Virus record (IMG/VR): IMGVR_UViG_3300033076_001145
Span: 32,001 to 96,000 of that record
DNA: 64,000 nt
DNA from: a virus
Taxonomy: Duplodnaviria; Caudoviricetes
Reading direction: 5' to 3' (one strand)
This document shows positions 1-10,011 of this stretch, in pieces. Below the pieces are notes generated by a model. It made no database searches and was not told the DNA's origin. It was given only the letters and a program-made list of their open reading frames with translations. The translations under genes were made by a program, and so were the position numbers. The stretch's first letter is position 1; every line of letters begins with the position of its first letter.

Positions 1-2
1 GT

Positions 3-293
3 AATGTTATCGACAAGTTAGTAACTGTTGATATGAAAATGTGGGACAATCAAGAACTTTTGTATGAAATTAGAAGAATGAATTTTGAAGAATATAAAAA
101 TAAGTATTATTCGTCTGAAGATGGGGCTAAGAATCTTTGGGAGTGTTTAAAAAAAGCTTGTGATTTAAATGTTCAGAGAAACCAACTTATTAACGAAATT
201 GATGAAAAAATTATTGAGTTAGTAAACGCTAAGTTAAATGGTGAAGAATTAGACAACGGCAAATTTATACAAAGAAGTCACAAAACATATTAA
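3..293 (+). CDS. DUF4254-like helical protein, 5'-truncated at window edge
   Basis: Frame is open upstream of ATG33 (NVIDKLVTVDMKMW..Q); DLNxQRNxLIxEID motif; abuts the sugar gene cluster. Confidence 0.5.
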   Translation, partial: NVIDKLVTVDMKMWDNQELLYEIRRMNFEEYKNKYYSSEDGAKNLWECLKKACDLNVQRNQLINEIDEKIIELVNAKLNGEELDNGKFIQRSHKTY

Positions 294-294
294 A

Positions 295-1386
295 ATGATA
301 CCAATTTATAAGCCTTATTTGAATAATGCGTCATTAAAATATGCCCACGAATCATTAGATAGCGGTTGGATTTCATCTCAGGGTAAATATTTAGATTACT
401 CAAAAAATAAATTTAAAGAAATTATTAATTGTGATAAAGTAATATTAACTAATAATGGGACAACTGCAACTCATTTAATGTCGATAGCGTTAAAATATAA
501 GTATCCGAATATTAAAAAAATTATAGTCCCAAATAATGTATATGTCGCGGCTTGGAACTCGTTTTTATTTGATAAAAATTATGAGTTAATTCCAATTGAC
601 GCTAATTTAGACACGTGGAATTTTGAAATTGACGATATTGCAAAACACTTAGATGAGGACACTGCAATTTTAGTTGTACATAATATTGGTAATGTTATCA
701 ACGTGCCAGAATTAAAAAGAAAATTCCCAAATACTGTAATAATGGAAGATAATTGTGAAGGATTTTTAGGGAAATACGAATCCAAATATACTGGAACTGA
801 TAGTTTTGTTTCTTCAGTATCATTTTTTGCCAACAAAACCATAACCTCAGGTGAAGGAGGTGCATTTATTACGCATGATGAAGAAGTATTCGATTATATA
901 AACACAGTTAAAAATCAAGGACAATCTAATATTAAATTCATACATAACGTACTTGGATATAACTATAGGATGACAAATATACAAGCAGCAATACTGTATG
1001 GACAAATGGAAAATTTAAATGATATTATTGATAAAAAAAATGAAATATTTTATGAATATCATAAACAATTAAAAGATTTAGAATTTACTAAATTTCAAAA
1101 AATCGAAGACGGCACTGAACATTCAAAATGGATGTTTGGGGTTAGGTTTGACAATTTAAATAAGATTAAGAAAAAAGATTTAGAACTCTTTTTATTTGAA
1201 TCGGGGATTGATAACCGTCCCATGTTTTATGATATTACAAATCATGACTATTTGTCATACCATAAATGTGAAATTAAAAATGCTAAAAAATTACAAGAAC
1301 AATCTTTAATTTTACCGTCGTTTCCCGATTTAACTAAAAGTCAAATAATTTATATTACAAATAAAATTAAATCATTTTTTAAGTGA
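295..1386 (+). CDS. DegT/DnrJ/EryC1/StrS PLP aminotransferase (GDP-perosamine synthase-like)
   Basis: SGWISSQG, NGTTATHL, EDNCE, SFFANKTITSGEGG (PLP Lys), GYNYRMTNIQAA. Confidence 0.9.
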   Translation: MIPIYKPYLNNASLKYAHESLDSGWISSQGKYLDYSKNKFKEIINCDKVILTNNGTTATHLMSIALKYKYPNIKKIIVPNNVYVAAWNSFLFDKNYELIPIDANLDTWNFEIDDIAKHLDEDTAILVVHNIGNVINVPELKRKFPNTVIMEDNCEGFLGKYESKYTGTDSFVSSVSFFANKTITSGEGGAFITHDEEVFDYINTVKNQGQSNIKFIHNVLGYNYRMTNIQAAILYGQMENLNDIIDKKNEIFYEYHKQLKDLEFTKFQKIEDGTEHSKWMFGVRFDNLNKIKKKDLELFLFESGIDNRPMFYDITNHDYLSYHKCEIKNAKKLQEQSLILPSFPDLTKSQIIYITNKIKSFFK

Positions 1387-2357
1387 AAAAATCTTTAATA
1401 ACGGGCATTAATGGTCAAGATGGTTCTTATCTTGCAGAATTTTTATTAGATAAAGGTTATGAGGTCCATGGAATACTTAAAAGAAATTCCGTCGCTGAGA
1501 ATCAAACTGCAAGATTAGATAAAGTGTATGATAACATTACACTTCATTATGCGGATTTAACGGATATGTCGTCATTAATATCTGTCATACAAAAAATAAT
1601 GCCTGATGAAATATATAATTTAGCCGCACAATCACACGTTAGAATTTCATTTGACCAACCAATTTATACATCAAATGTTACAGGTATAGGCACTTTAAAC
1701 CTATTAGAAGCAGTTAAGTTAATTAAACCTAACACTAAAATATATCAAGCATCATCCTCAGAAATGTTTGGTAATTCCATAGATTCAGATGGTTATCAAA
1801 GAGAAACCACTCCTATGAATCCTGTTTCACCATATGGATGTGCAAAAGTATTTAGTTATAATATTTGTCGTAATTATAGAAATTCTTATGGAATGTTTAT
1901 TTCTAATGGTATTTTGTTTAATCACGAGTCACCAAGAAGAGGAACTAATTTTGTCACTAACAAAGTATGTAAAGAAGCTGTTAAAATTAAATTAGGATTA
2001 TCTAATGAATTAAAGTTAGGTAACTTGGACGCAACCCGTGATTGGGGACACGCTAAAGATTATGTAAAAGCAATGTGGGAGATATTACAATTAGAAACCC
2101 CTGATGACTTTGTTTGTTCAACAGGTATTTCACATTCAGTTAGAGAACTTTGTGACTATGTATTTTCATCATTAGGATTAGATTATAGAGAATATGTTAT
2201 ACAAGATGAAAAATTCCTAAGACCCGAAGAATTACATGATTTAAAAGGGGATTCGTCAAAATTAGTAAAATCAACGGGATGGTCACATGAATACACATTT
2301 GAAAGTATGTTAGATGAAATGATTAAATACTGGTTAAAATATTATGAAAAAATTTAA
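1383..2357 (+). CDS. gmd: GDP-mannose 4,6-dehydratase
   Basis: LITGINGQDGSYLAEFLL, YNLAAQSHV, YQASSSEMFG, NHESPRRG, RDWGHAKDYV. Confidence 0.95.
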   Translation: MKKSLITGINGQDGSYLAEFLLDKGYEVHGILKRNSVAENQTARLDKVYDNITLHYADLTDMSSLISVIQKIMPDEIYNLAAQSHVRISFDQPIYTSNVTGIGTLNLLEAVKLIKPNTKIYQASSSEMFGNSIDSDGYQRETTPMNPVSPYGCAKVFSYNICRNYRNSYGMFISNGILFNHESPRRGTNFVTNKVCKEAVKIKLGLSNELKLGNLDATRDWGHAKDYVKAMWEILQLETPDDFVCSTGISHSVRELCDYVFSSLGLDYREYVIQDEKFLRPEELHDLKGDSSKLVKSTGWSHEYTFESMLDEMIKYWLKYYEKI

Positions 2358-3264
2358 ATTCATTGTTTGTGGTGGCGCCGGATTTATTGGCTCAAACATG
2401 GTCGATTTTTTAATTGAATTGGGTCATAGTGTTGTTGTTGTAGATAATTTAAGTACAGGTATTCACACTAATCTTAATAAACATTGTATTTTTTATAATT
2501 TAGATTTATCAATTAAAGATAATATCAAAACATTAAAACATCTTTGTAATCATTACGATTATTTGATTCATATGGCAGCAAATCCAAATGTTCAAGGTTC
2601 AATTGATTTTCCGTTAGAAAGTAATGACAATAACTTTCAAACAACCTTAAATATTCTTGAGTCAATTCGAGACACTAAAATTAAAAAAATTGTATTTTCA
2701 AGTACATCCGCAGTATATGGAAATACTGAAAAATTCCCAACAGATGAAAAATCTGATTTGAATATATTATCACCATACGGTTTGCAAAAACTTATGTCTG
2801 AAAAATATATTGAACTGTATTCAAAAATATTTGGAATTAAAGGTGTTTGTTTAAGATATTTCAATGTATTTGGTAATCGTATGACAAATCACGGAGCCTA
2901 CAAATCGGTTATATCAATATTTCGAGAACAATATGGATTAGGTACCCCTCTAACAATAACTAATGACGGAAACCAACGAAGAGATTTTATACATGTTGGT
3001 GATGTTGTTATGGCAAATTATTTATCTTGTATTTCAGATACTGGTAATTTTGATATTTTTAACGTTGGGAGTGGTTCTAATATTTCAGTTAATGAAATTG
3101 CTAGTTACTTTTCACACCCTACCACTAACATTGGTCATAGAATTGAGCCGTTTATTTCACTTTGTGACAATTCTAAAATAAAAAAAATATTAGGGTGGGA
3201 ACCTAAAATAAATGTCCAAGATTGGTTAAAAAAAGAAATTAATGACAAGAAAGAAAACAACTAA
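2344..3264 (+). CDS. NAD-dependent epimerase/dehydratase (extended SDR)
   Basis: GGAGFIGS, SSTSAVYG, YxxxK (YGLQK), LRYFNVFG, RDFIHVGD. Confidence 0.9.
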   Translation: MKKFKFIVCGGAGFIGSNMVDFLIELGHSVVVVDNLSTGIHTNLNKHCIFYNLDLSIKDNIKTLKHLCNHYDYLIHMAANPNVQGSIDFPLESNDNNFQTTLNILESIRDTKIKKIVFSSTSAVYGNTEKFPTDEKSDLNILSPYGLQKLMSEKYIELYSKIFGIKGVCLRYFNVFGNRMTNHGAYKSVISIFREQYGLGTPLTITNDGNQRRDFIHVGDVVMANYLSCISDTGNFDIFNVGSGSNISVNEIASYFSHPTTNIGHRIEPFISLCDNSKIKKILGWEPKINVQDWLKKEINDKKENN

Positions 3265-3973
3265 GGACCCCGTAGATTACTCGGGAGAAATTAAGGTCTC
3301 AAAGAAAGACCAAATCTGTAGAATTATAAAAAAGGGTAAAGATAAATTCTTAACTCAAAGCCAAAGGGAGTATTACGATAAACTTAGAAGGAACCAAATT
3401 ACTGTTTGTTCAGGACCTGCAGGTGTTGGTAAGAGTTTCATTGCGATGAAGGCAGCCGTTGATTTGCTAGCGGAACATGACTCACCGTATGAGAAAATAA
3501 TTATTGTTCGTCCAGCGGTTGAAGCTGAGGAAAAATTAGGTTCACTACCTGGAAATGTTGAGGAAAAATTAGACCCTTATATTTTCCCATCTTATTATCT
3601 ACTAAACAAAATTATTGGTAAAGAAGCAAGAGAAAAATTAAAATCGTTAGAAGTTATCGAGGTGTTTGCATTGGCTTATATGAGAGGAATGAACATTGAC
3701 AATTCAATTTTAATTTTCGAGGAAGCTCAAAATGCAACTCCAAAACAAATGAAACTTCTTTTAACTCGTATTGGAACTGATAGTAAATTTTTTATATCAG
3801 GTGACTTAGAACAAACGGACCGATACAAAGACAAGAAACATTCAGGGTTGTGGGATGCTTTGGAAAGATTGAAAAATATGTCTGAGGTTGGTGTTCATCA
3901 TTTCGGAGATGAGGATGTTGTAAGAAATCCAATTATTACTGAATTACTTAAAAGATATGAAGATAGGGATTGA
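3242..3973 (+). CDS. phoH: PhoH-family ATPase
   Basis: GPAGVGKS, LGSLPG, AYMRG, EEAQN, GDLEQTD, DVVRNP. Confidence 0.93.
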   Translation: MTRKKTTKDPVDYSGEIKVSKKDQICRIIKKGKDKFLTQSQREYYDKLRRNQITVCSGPAGVGKSFIAMKAAVDLLAEHDSPYEKIIIVRPAVEAEEKLGSLPGNVEEKLDPYIFPSYYLLNKIIGKEAREKLKSLEVIEVFALAYMRGMNIDNSILIFEEAQNATPKQMKLLLTRIGTDSKFFISGDLEQTDRYKDKKHSGLWDALERLKNMSEVGVHHFGDEDVVRNPIITELLKRYEDRD

Positions 3974-4571
3974 AATTAATGGGGTTCTTCGTGACACAAT
4001 TGGAAAATTCAAAATGTGTTATGAGAAATTTCTAATGCCGAATGAATACAACTTAGAGGAAGTTCAGGATTTTGAATACAAGATATCTGAACCAATTGAC
4101 TCTTTGGATTTGAAAAAACACTTTTCATTTAATGATGATGAAGAGTTAATTGAATTTATGTACGAGGATTGTCCAATGGAAATTTTTGGTCATGCTATGT
4201 CTTCTGAAATGATGTCATTTAATTATCTAAATGATTTTTATAATGAACATAAATATGAAAATGAGATTTATATTATTTCTGATGAAGTTGGGAAGTCCAA
4301 ACCGGCAACTTTATTTTTCCTATCTAAATTTAGTTGTTTAATTGAAAATTATATTTTTTATAATGAAAAAAATAAAAATCAAATTTTATCTAATTTTGAT
4401 TTAGTTGTTACATCAAACCCAAACATTATCATTGACAAAAGAAATGAATTAAATATAATTAAATTTAATACCGAATATAATAAAGAAATAAACCACGAAT
4501 TTGAAATTTCCTCGTTATCCGAACTTTCAAATGTATTAAAAAAAATTACAGATGTTAAAACTATTCAATGA
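3957..4571 (+). CDS. HAD-fold 5'-nucleotidase-like protein with degenerate motif I
   Basis: N-terminus KIGIEINGVLRD resembles the NT5C-type xDxDGVLxD motif but reads ExN. Confidence 0.5.
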   Translation: MKIGIEINGVLRDTIGKFKMCYEKFLMPNEYNLEEVQDFEYKISEPIDSLDLKKHFSFNDDEELIEFMYEDCPMEIFGHAMSSEMMSFNYLNDFYNEHKYENEIYIISDEVGKSKPATLFFLSKFSCLIENYIFYNEKNKNQILSNFDLVVTSNPNIIIDKRNELNIIKFNTEYNKEINHEFEISSLSELSNVLKKITDVKTIQ

Positions 4572-4824
4572 CCACTATTACATCGACTTAGATGAAATAG
4601 AAAATGTGGTTAATTTAGAAATCGTACAATTATCAGGAGGGACTACTGAACAACAAATTAAATTTGTTAAGTATGATATAATTAAAATGATGTTAGAGAC
4701 TGTATTAACTGAAAGAGAAGAAGTGGATGATAATCTAGGTTTGTCATCCTCAAATGGTACAACAATCCCATTTAAAATTTCATTTAATACCTTACTACAA
4801 AATAAAATAATAAAAAAATACTAA
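4552..4824 (+). CDS. hypothetical protein
   Basis: 90-aa ORF tightly coupled to both neighbours. Confidence 0.7.
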   Translation: MLKLFNDHYYIDLDEIENVVNLEIVQLSGGTTEQQIKFVKYDIIKMMLETVLTEREEVDDNLGLSSSNGTTIPFKISFNTLLQNKIIKKY

Positions 4825-4825
4825 T

Positions 4826-5887
4826 ATGAGTGAAACAATACAAAAGTTAGAATCGTCGATTGAGAACTTAAAAAACAAGTCGGCAAGAATTTACTTCTTT
4901 GTAATGGATACAAAGGGAAATGCTAAAGCGTCAATGAAATACATTTATGATATGGCATTAACATTAAAAAATAATGGTTATAATTCAATTATTTTACATG
5001 AAAAATCAGACTACTTTGGGGTGAGTTCTTGGCTTGGTGAAGAATATATGACAAAATTACCTCATCAATATGTAGAGGGTCAAAATTTAGCCATTTCACC
5101 TGAGGATACAATTATTGTTCCTGAAATTTTTGGTTACGTAATGTCTCAGATTTCTAATTTACCTTGTGCTAAAGTAGTCTTATGTCAATCTTATGATTAT
5201 ATTTTTGAAACTTTGGAGCCAGGTCAAACATGGTCTCAGTTAGGATTTACTAAATGTATCACAACTAGTGAGAAACTAAAATCTCACATTTCTCAAATTA
5301 TGAGAAATGTTTCGATTGATATTATTGAGCCAGTTATTTCTGAAGAGTTTAAACCCTCTAAATTCCCACCAAAACCATCAGTTGCGGTTCATTCTAGAGA
5401 ACAAAGAGATACTGTTAATTTCATTAAACAATTCTACGTTAAGTATCCACAATATCGTTGGGTTTCTTTTAGGGATATGAGAGGTATGTCAATTAACCAA
5501 TTTGCAACTGCACTTAAAGAATCAATGGTTTCAATATGGATGGACAAACAAAGTAGTTTTGGCACGTTTCCATTAGAATCAATGTCTTGCGGAACACCTG
5601 TCGTTGGTATTGCTCCATCTATCCAGCCCGAATGGATGACAGAAGATAACGGAATATGGACACTAGAGCAAACAAGATTAGTAGATATGACTGCGGAATT
5701 TATTCAGAATTGGTTAGAAGATAATATTTCAGAAAAACTGTATGAAAAATCTATTGAGACTTCAAGTAAATTTCAAAACATGGATTTTTTTAAAAAAAGT
5801 GTGACATCAAATTTTGAAAGATATCAGGATATTAGAAGTTCAAATTTTCAAATGGAATTAAATAAAATTAAACAAGAAACTATATAA
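4826..5887 (+). CDS. GT-B fold glycosyltransferase (GT4-like)
   Basis: C-terminal SSFGTFPLESMSCGTPVVG matches the GT4 E.FG...EAM.CG.PVV motif; IVPEIFG in the N-domain. Confidence 0.75.
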   Translation: MSETIQKLESSIENLKNKSARIYFFVMDTKGNAKASMKYIYDMALTLKNNGYNSIILHEKSDYFGVSSWLGEEYMTKLPHQYVEGQNLAISPEDTIIVPEIFGYVMSQISNLPCAKVVLCQSYDYIFETLEPGQTWSQLGFTKCITTSEKLKSHISQIMRNVSIDIIEPVISEEFKPSKFPPKPSVAVHSREQRDTVNFIKQFYVKYPQYRWVSFRDMRGMSINQFATALKESMVSIWMDKQSSFGTFPLESMSCGTPVVGIAPSIQPEWMTEDNGIWTLEQTRLVDMTAEFIQNWLEDNISEKLYEKSIETSSKFQNMDFFKKSVTSNFERYQDIRSSNFQMELNKIKQETI

Positions 5888-5889
5888 TC

Positions 5890-6693
5890 ATGGAAAATAA
5901 ATTAGACATTTCGGTAATTTTACCTATTAAGAATAATAAAGAAAAAGATTTTACTGAATTTTTTACTAAATCAATTGAGTCTTTAAAATCTCAAGAAATA
6001 CAAGCAAGTGAATTAGTAATTGTCCATACAGGTGACGAAACTTTGGTTAGTTATTTAGAGTCTTTTGACTTTGGAGATTTAAATACTCAAATATTTAAAT
6101 ACGAAAATGAACCAAATTTTGGTAGTCAGGTAAATTTTGGTATTGAAAAATCATCATCAAAATGGGTAAGTATTTTAGAATTTGATGACGAATATTCTAA
6201 AATTTGGTTTAAGAATGTTAAAAAATATTCTGAAGTTTATTCTGATGTCGATGCGTTCTTACCTATCGTAGTTGATGTTGATGATAAACTGGTATTTGCA
6301 GGATTTACCAATGAAGCAACATTCGCAACTAATTTTTCTCAGGAATCAGGTATTTTAACCAATGATACATTACATCAATATCAAAATTTTCAAATCTCAG
6401 GAATGGTAATTAAAAAGTCATCTATTGAAGATTTTGGAGGGTTTAAACCATCAATGAAATTAACATTTGGATATGAGTTTTTATTAAGAATGACATATAA
6501 TTCGGTTAAAATTATGACCATTCCAAAATTAGGATACAAACACATCAATTTAAGACAAGATTCTTTATTTTGGGAATATAAAAACGGAACTCAAAAACTA
6601 ACAGATTCTGAGGTAAAGTTTTGGGTATCTACGGCTAAAAAAGAATACTTTTTTACATCTGATAGGGACATAAAATATACTGAAAATGTTTAA
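5890..6693 (+). CDS. GT-A fold glycosyltransferase (GT2-like)
   Basis: ISVILP start, N.G, LEFDD DxD-like motif, FGGF, EFLLR. Confidence 0.75.
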   Translation: MENKLDISVILPIKNNKEKDFTEFFTKSIESLKSQEIQASELVIVHTGDETLVSYLESFDFGDLNTQIFKYENEPNFGSQVNFGIEKSSSKWVSILEFDDEYSKIWFKNVKKYSEVYSDVDAFLPIVVDVDDKLVFAGFTNEATFATNFSQESGILTNDTLHQYQNFQISGMVIKKSSIEDFGGFKPSMKLTFGYEFLLRMTYNSVKIMTIPKLGYKHINLRQDSLFWEYKNGTQKLTDSEVKFWVSTAKKEYFFTSDRDIKYTENV

Positions 6694-7439
6694 TGATAGT
6701 AACTGCAACATCAATAAACGAAACAGTTCTCACTCTGAAAAAAGGTAAAAAAAAATCAGGTGAGAATTATTTTGATGTAAGGGAAGAGATGGCGGTCAGG
6801 ATGTACCTGACCGCAACTACTTTTGATGAAAAAAATAAGATTTATAACGACTTTTTAAGAGAGCCGTTAGATAAAATGATTTCGTCAATTATTCGAAGAT
6901 ATAAATTATATAGAAAGGACATGGACTTTATTGAAATTCATACCGATACTCATTCCTTTTTAATGACTAAAGTTGATAAATTTGTACCAAGTAAGGAAAA
7001 AAAAGCGTATTCATATTTTGGAACAATCTGTAAGAACTATCTTATGGGTCAAATATTAAAAGACCAAAAAGAAACAAATAGGAAAATATCTTACGAAGAC
7101 ATTAGTAGTGATTTAGAAAATAATCCAAACATGGTTTATTATTTAGATGATGAACCAAGTGAGGATATGAATTATATTCAAATTTTATTAGATAATGTGA
7201 AGGCGGTCTTAGATGAGGAAGATTTAAATGAGAATGAATATAAATTAGGACTATCATTATGTGAGATTTTTGAGAACTATAAGACTATATTTCCGGCAAC
7301 TGATAACAATAAATTTAATAAAAACGTAATCTTATTATCTCTTAGAGAGATGACAAATATGTCAACAAAAGAGATACGGTCATCAATGAAGAAATACAAA
7401 AAAATGTATTTAAATATCATTAAGATTGATGAAAATTAA
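6693..7439 (+). CDS. phage late sigma factor (T4 gp55-like)
   Basis: DKFVPSKEKKAYSYFGTICKNYL resembles the gp55 region F....NPFAYFTQI..NAF; size fits. Confidence 0.65.
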   Translation: MIVTATSINETVLTLKKGKKKSGENYFDVREEMAVRMYLTATTFDEKNKIYNDFLREPLDKMISSIIRRYKLYRKDMDFIEIHTDTHSFLMTKVDKFVPSKEKKAYSYFGTICKNYLMGQILKDQKETNRKISYEDISSDLENNPNMVYYLDDEPSEDMNYIQILLDNVKAVLDEEDLNENEYKLGLSLCEIFENYKTIFPATDNNKFNKNVILLSLREMTNMSTKEIRSSMKKYKKMYLNIIKIDEN

Positions 7440-7457
7440 AAAAAGATATTTATTGAT

Positions 7458-7823
7458 ATGAGTAAACCAAAAAGAAAAGAAATTAATTTTACTAAAGATT
7501 CTATTTTAACCCTAATGCAAGAAATTTATAATGAATTAGTCGAGCAAAGGTCAACGGCAATTAGAATCCAAAATAAAATGATTTCAATGATGAAAGAAGC
7601 GGAGGACATGACATTAATTGGTCCAGTAATTGAAAAACAACAAAAAATTATAAATGACTGTGTCGATAAAAAATTACAGTTGTCTAAATTACAATCATCA
7701 ATTTGGGAAAAACAAAGCTCACAAGACGAAGAATTCGATATTTCAGCAATGGATGATAATCTATTACAAGGTTTAATATCAAAGGATATCAATTCTGATA
7801 ATCAGAATTTTTCTATGAAGTAA
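7458..7823 (+). CDS. hypothetical coiled-coil protein
   Basis: ORF with TATTTAT 4 nt upstream of the ATG. Confidence 0.7.
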   Translation: MSKPKRKEINFTKDSILTLMQEIYNELVEQRSTAIRIQNKMISMMKEAEDMTLIGPVIEKQQKIINDCVDKKLQLSKLQSSIWEKQSSQDEEFDISAMDDNLLQGLISKDINSDNQNFSMK

Positions 7824-7824
7824 T

Positions 7825-9804
7825 ATGTCTTTAGATTTAAACGAAAGTTTTAATAGTGCAAATAAAAAAATAAAATCTTTTAATACTTACAAAGATTCCA
7901 GAAATGAAATCAAAAAACGTATTAAAGGGGCTAGTAGTGATGTTAAAGACGCAACTAACGATATAAAAAACTCGGTTGCGGTTAATAAGGGTGAATCGTT
8001 TTCTTACGCTAAGAATGAGGCAATGAATCAGTTGGATAGACTGATTAATATGTACACTAATTCTCAACAACCAGGACAAGCAACAATTTCTTTTATTTTA
8101 TCTAAATTTGTCAAATCATTTAAAATTCTAAAACCACAACTAAAGGATATTTTTATTAGTTGTATTTTAGAAAAGTTAAATTGTGATTATGAGTCTGAAT
8201 ATGTAATCGGGGATGATGACCCAACAAATCCTGATGGGAACTCAATACACGTTAGAGTTAAAGGATTTGATTTTCAACAAATTCTAAAGATTGAACCCAC
8301 ATCTCGTGCCGGTAAAGTGAAATATGAAAAAGTCCCATTTAATACAACACAAATAAATTCATCCCCTAAAAGTACTAATTATCTATTATGGAATTTATTA
8401 CAAAACAAAGATGTTTGGATGAGTTCATTATATAATGGAGTTTATAAAGGCACAAGTAACCAAAATTTATTTGATATTCGTTATGTTGATAACATTGACG
8501 GTCAAACTTTTGATGACTTTTTTGAGATAAAATTTAAGAAACCGATAAACGCTCAGGGTCAATATCAGAACAAAGGAAAGGTTTTTGATTTTTTAAAAAA
8601 TTATTACAACACTATTGATGTGTTTGATGTTAGGTTTTTCTTCAATGCTTTAATGGACAACCAATTTAATATATTAGACATTGATTTAAAATATGGTCAA
8701 AAAACCTTAACGGATAAAACTAAATTTGGATTGTTTGTTCAAAGGATGTTGGGTCAATGTTATGACAACGATGTTGAAATTTCAGTTGCGGGAAACTCAA
8801 AACTACCTGAATTAGATGACACATCCAATCGTTTTTTTGAATTAACTTTTAACCAAGAAATTTTTATTGAAGCCAAGAATGCAATAATAAGAAAACAAGT
8901 TGCAGTTTTTGAAAATTGTGATAAAGTGGAACTTCCAATTAGTGATGAACAATTGGATTATATGTACGCATTAAATGAATCTGTTACGGAAACTAATATT
9001 GAAAATTATCTTACCAACACGATTATTACAACTCTATCAACAGACCCCTCATGGTCTTTAACTTTCCCATACCCTAACAGATTAAAAATCTCATTTTTAA
9101 AACGAATAGTATCCGAGTTTCCACTTTCAGTTACAATGTCAGTAATGGGTCCAAAACAAATATTACCTTTATTTGTAATGTTAAAGGCACTTAACGTAAA
9201 TTTTCCTGAATTTCAAATCAATAGTCGAGTTGATTTTATGGTTAATTTTAGAAAATTTTTCGAATGTATTTCATCGAGTATTATGAGTCATTTCATTAAA
9301 ATATTATTTAATGAAATTAAAAAGGATTTGAAAAATTTAGTAAGAGTTTTATATATCGATATCTCAGGTGACGCTACCGCATCTATTTACATTATTGTTG
9401 AGAAATTAGTTACCATTACGTTAATTATTGCGGCATTAATTAAAGATTATAAAAGATGTAAAAGTATAATTGACGGTATTTTGGCTTTATTGAATTTAGC
9501 GAAAAACGCCGCCTCAAATTTTATACCTGCACCATTATTACTATTAAGTGATTTACTACCGGGGTTCTCACCAACAAGGGCGTTTATAAATCATATTGAG
9601 AACATGGAAAGTTTAGGATTACCTACCGGACCAGGTCCTGACGGTAGTCCGAATTTAGAACTAATGAAAGACTTCTCAATTATGAGTGCATTTCATAAAG
9701 AAATGATTGAAAATGGTAAAGTGTCAGGTGCATTTACGTTAAAAAACATTAACCCAACTGGAGGGGTTCCGGCAATTGTAACTGTAGGTGGTAAATTTCA
9801 TTAA
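7825..9804 (+). CDS. hypothetical protein, probably virion/baseplate-associated
   Basis: 659-aa ORF in a late unit; hydrophobic helix near the C-terminus. Confidence 0.6.
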   Translation: MSLDLNESFNSANKKIKSFNTYKDSRNEIKKRIKGASSDVKDATNDIKNSVAVNKGESFSYAKNEAMNQLDRLINMYTNSQQPGQATISFILSKFVKSFKILKPQLKDIFISCILEKLNCDYESEYVIGDDDPTNPDGNSIHVRVKGFDFQQILKIEPTSRAGKVKYEKVPFNTTQINSSPKSTNYLLWNLLQNKDVWMSSLYNGVYKGTSNQNLFDIRYVDNIDGQTFDDFFEIKFKKPINAQGQYQNKGKVFDFLKNYYNTIDVFDVRFFFNALMDNQFNILDIDLKYGQKTLTDKTKFGLFVQRMLGQCYDNDVEISVAGNSKLPELDDTSNRFFELTFNQEIFIEAKNAIIRKQVAVFENCDKVELPISDEQLDYMYALNESVTETNIENYLTNTIITTLSTDPSWSLTFPYPNRLKISFLKRIVSEFPLSVTMSVMGPKQILPLFVMLKALNVNFPEFQINSRVDFMVNFRKFFECISSSIMSHFIKILFNEIKKDLKNLVRVLYIDISGDATASIYIIVEKLVTITLIIAALIKDYKRCKSIIDGILALLNLAKNAASNFIPAPLLLLSDLLPGFSPTRAFINHIENMESLGLPTGPGPDGSPNLELMKDFSIMSAFHKEMIENGKVSGAFTLKNINPTGGVPAIVTVGGKFH

Positions 9805-9807
9805 ATC

Positions 9808-10011
9808 ATGGATAATAATATTATAAAAGAAACTATTTCAGATTATAAGAATAAATCTAATAAAGATTTAGAATACACCTTAAATGGATTAAGTTTAGAA
9901 TTTGAGGAGACAAAAAAATTAATCATTAAATTATCTAAACATTTAGATAATGTCGAATCAAATTATAATAATATTTTAAGGGAATACAAAAACAGAACAG
10001 GTAATGGATAA
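9808..10011 (+). CDS. small coiled-coil hypothetical protein
   Basis: 67-aa ORF coupled to neighbours. Confidence 0.65.
   Translation: MDNNIIKETISDYKNKSNKDLEYTLNGLSLEFEETKKLIIKLSKHLDNVESNYNNILREYKNRTGNG

Noticed and set aside
1-6693. Bacterial O-antigen locus or host contamination
   Set aside because: Tightly coupled to phoH, the gp55-like sigma and phage late genes; no flippase or polymerase genes
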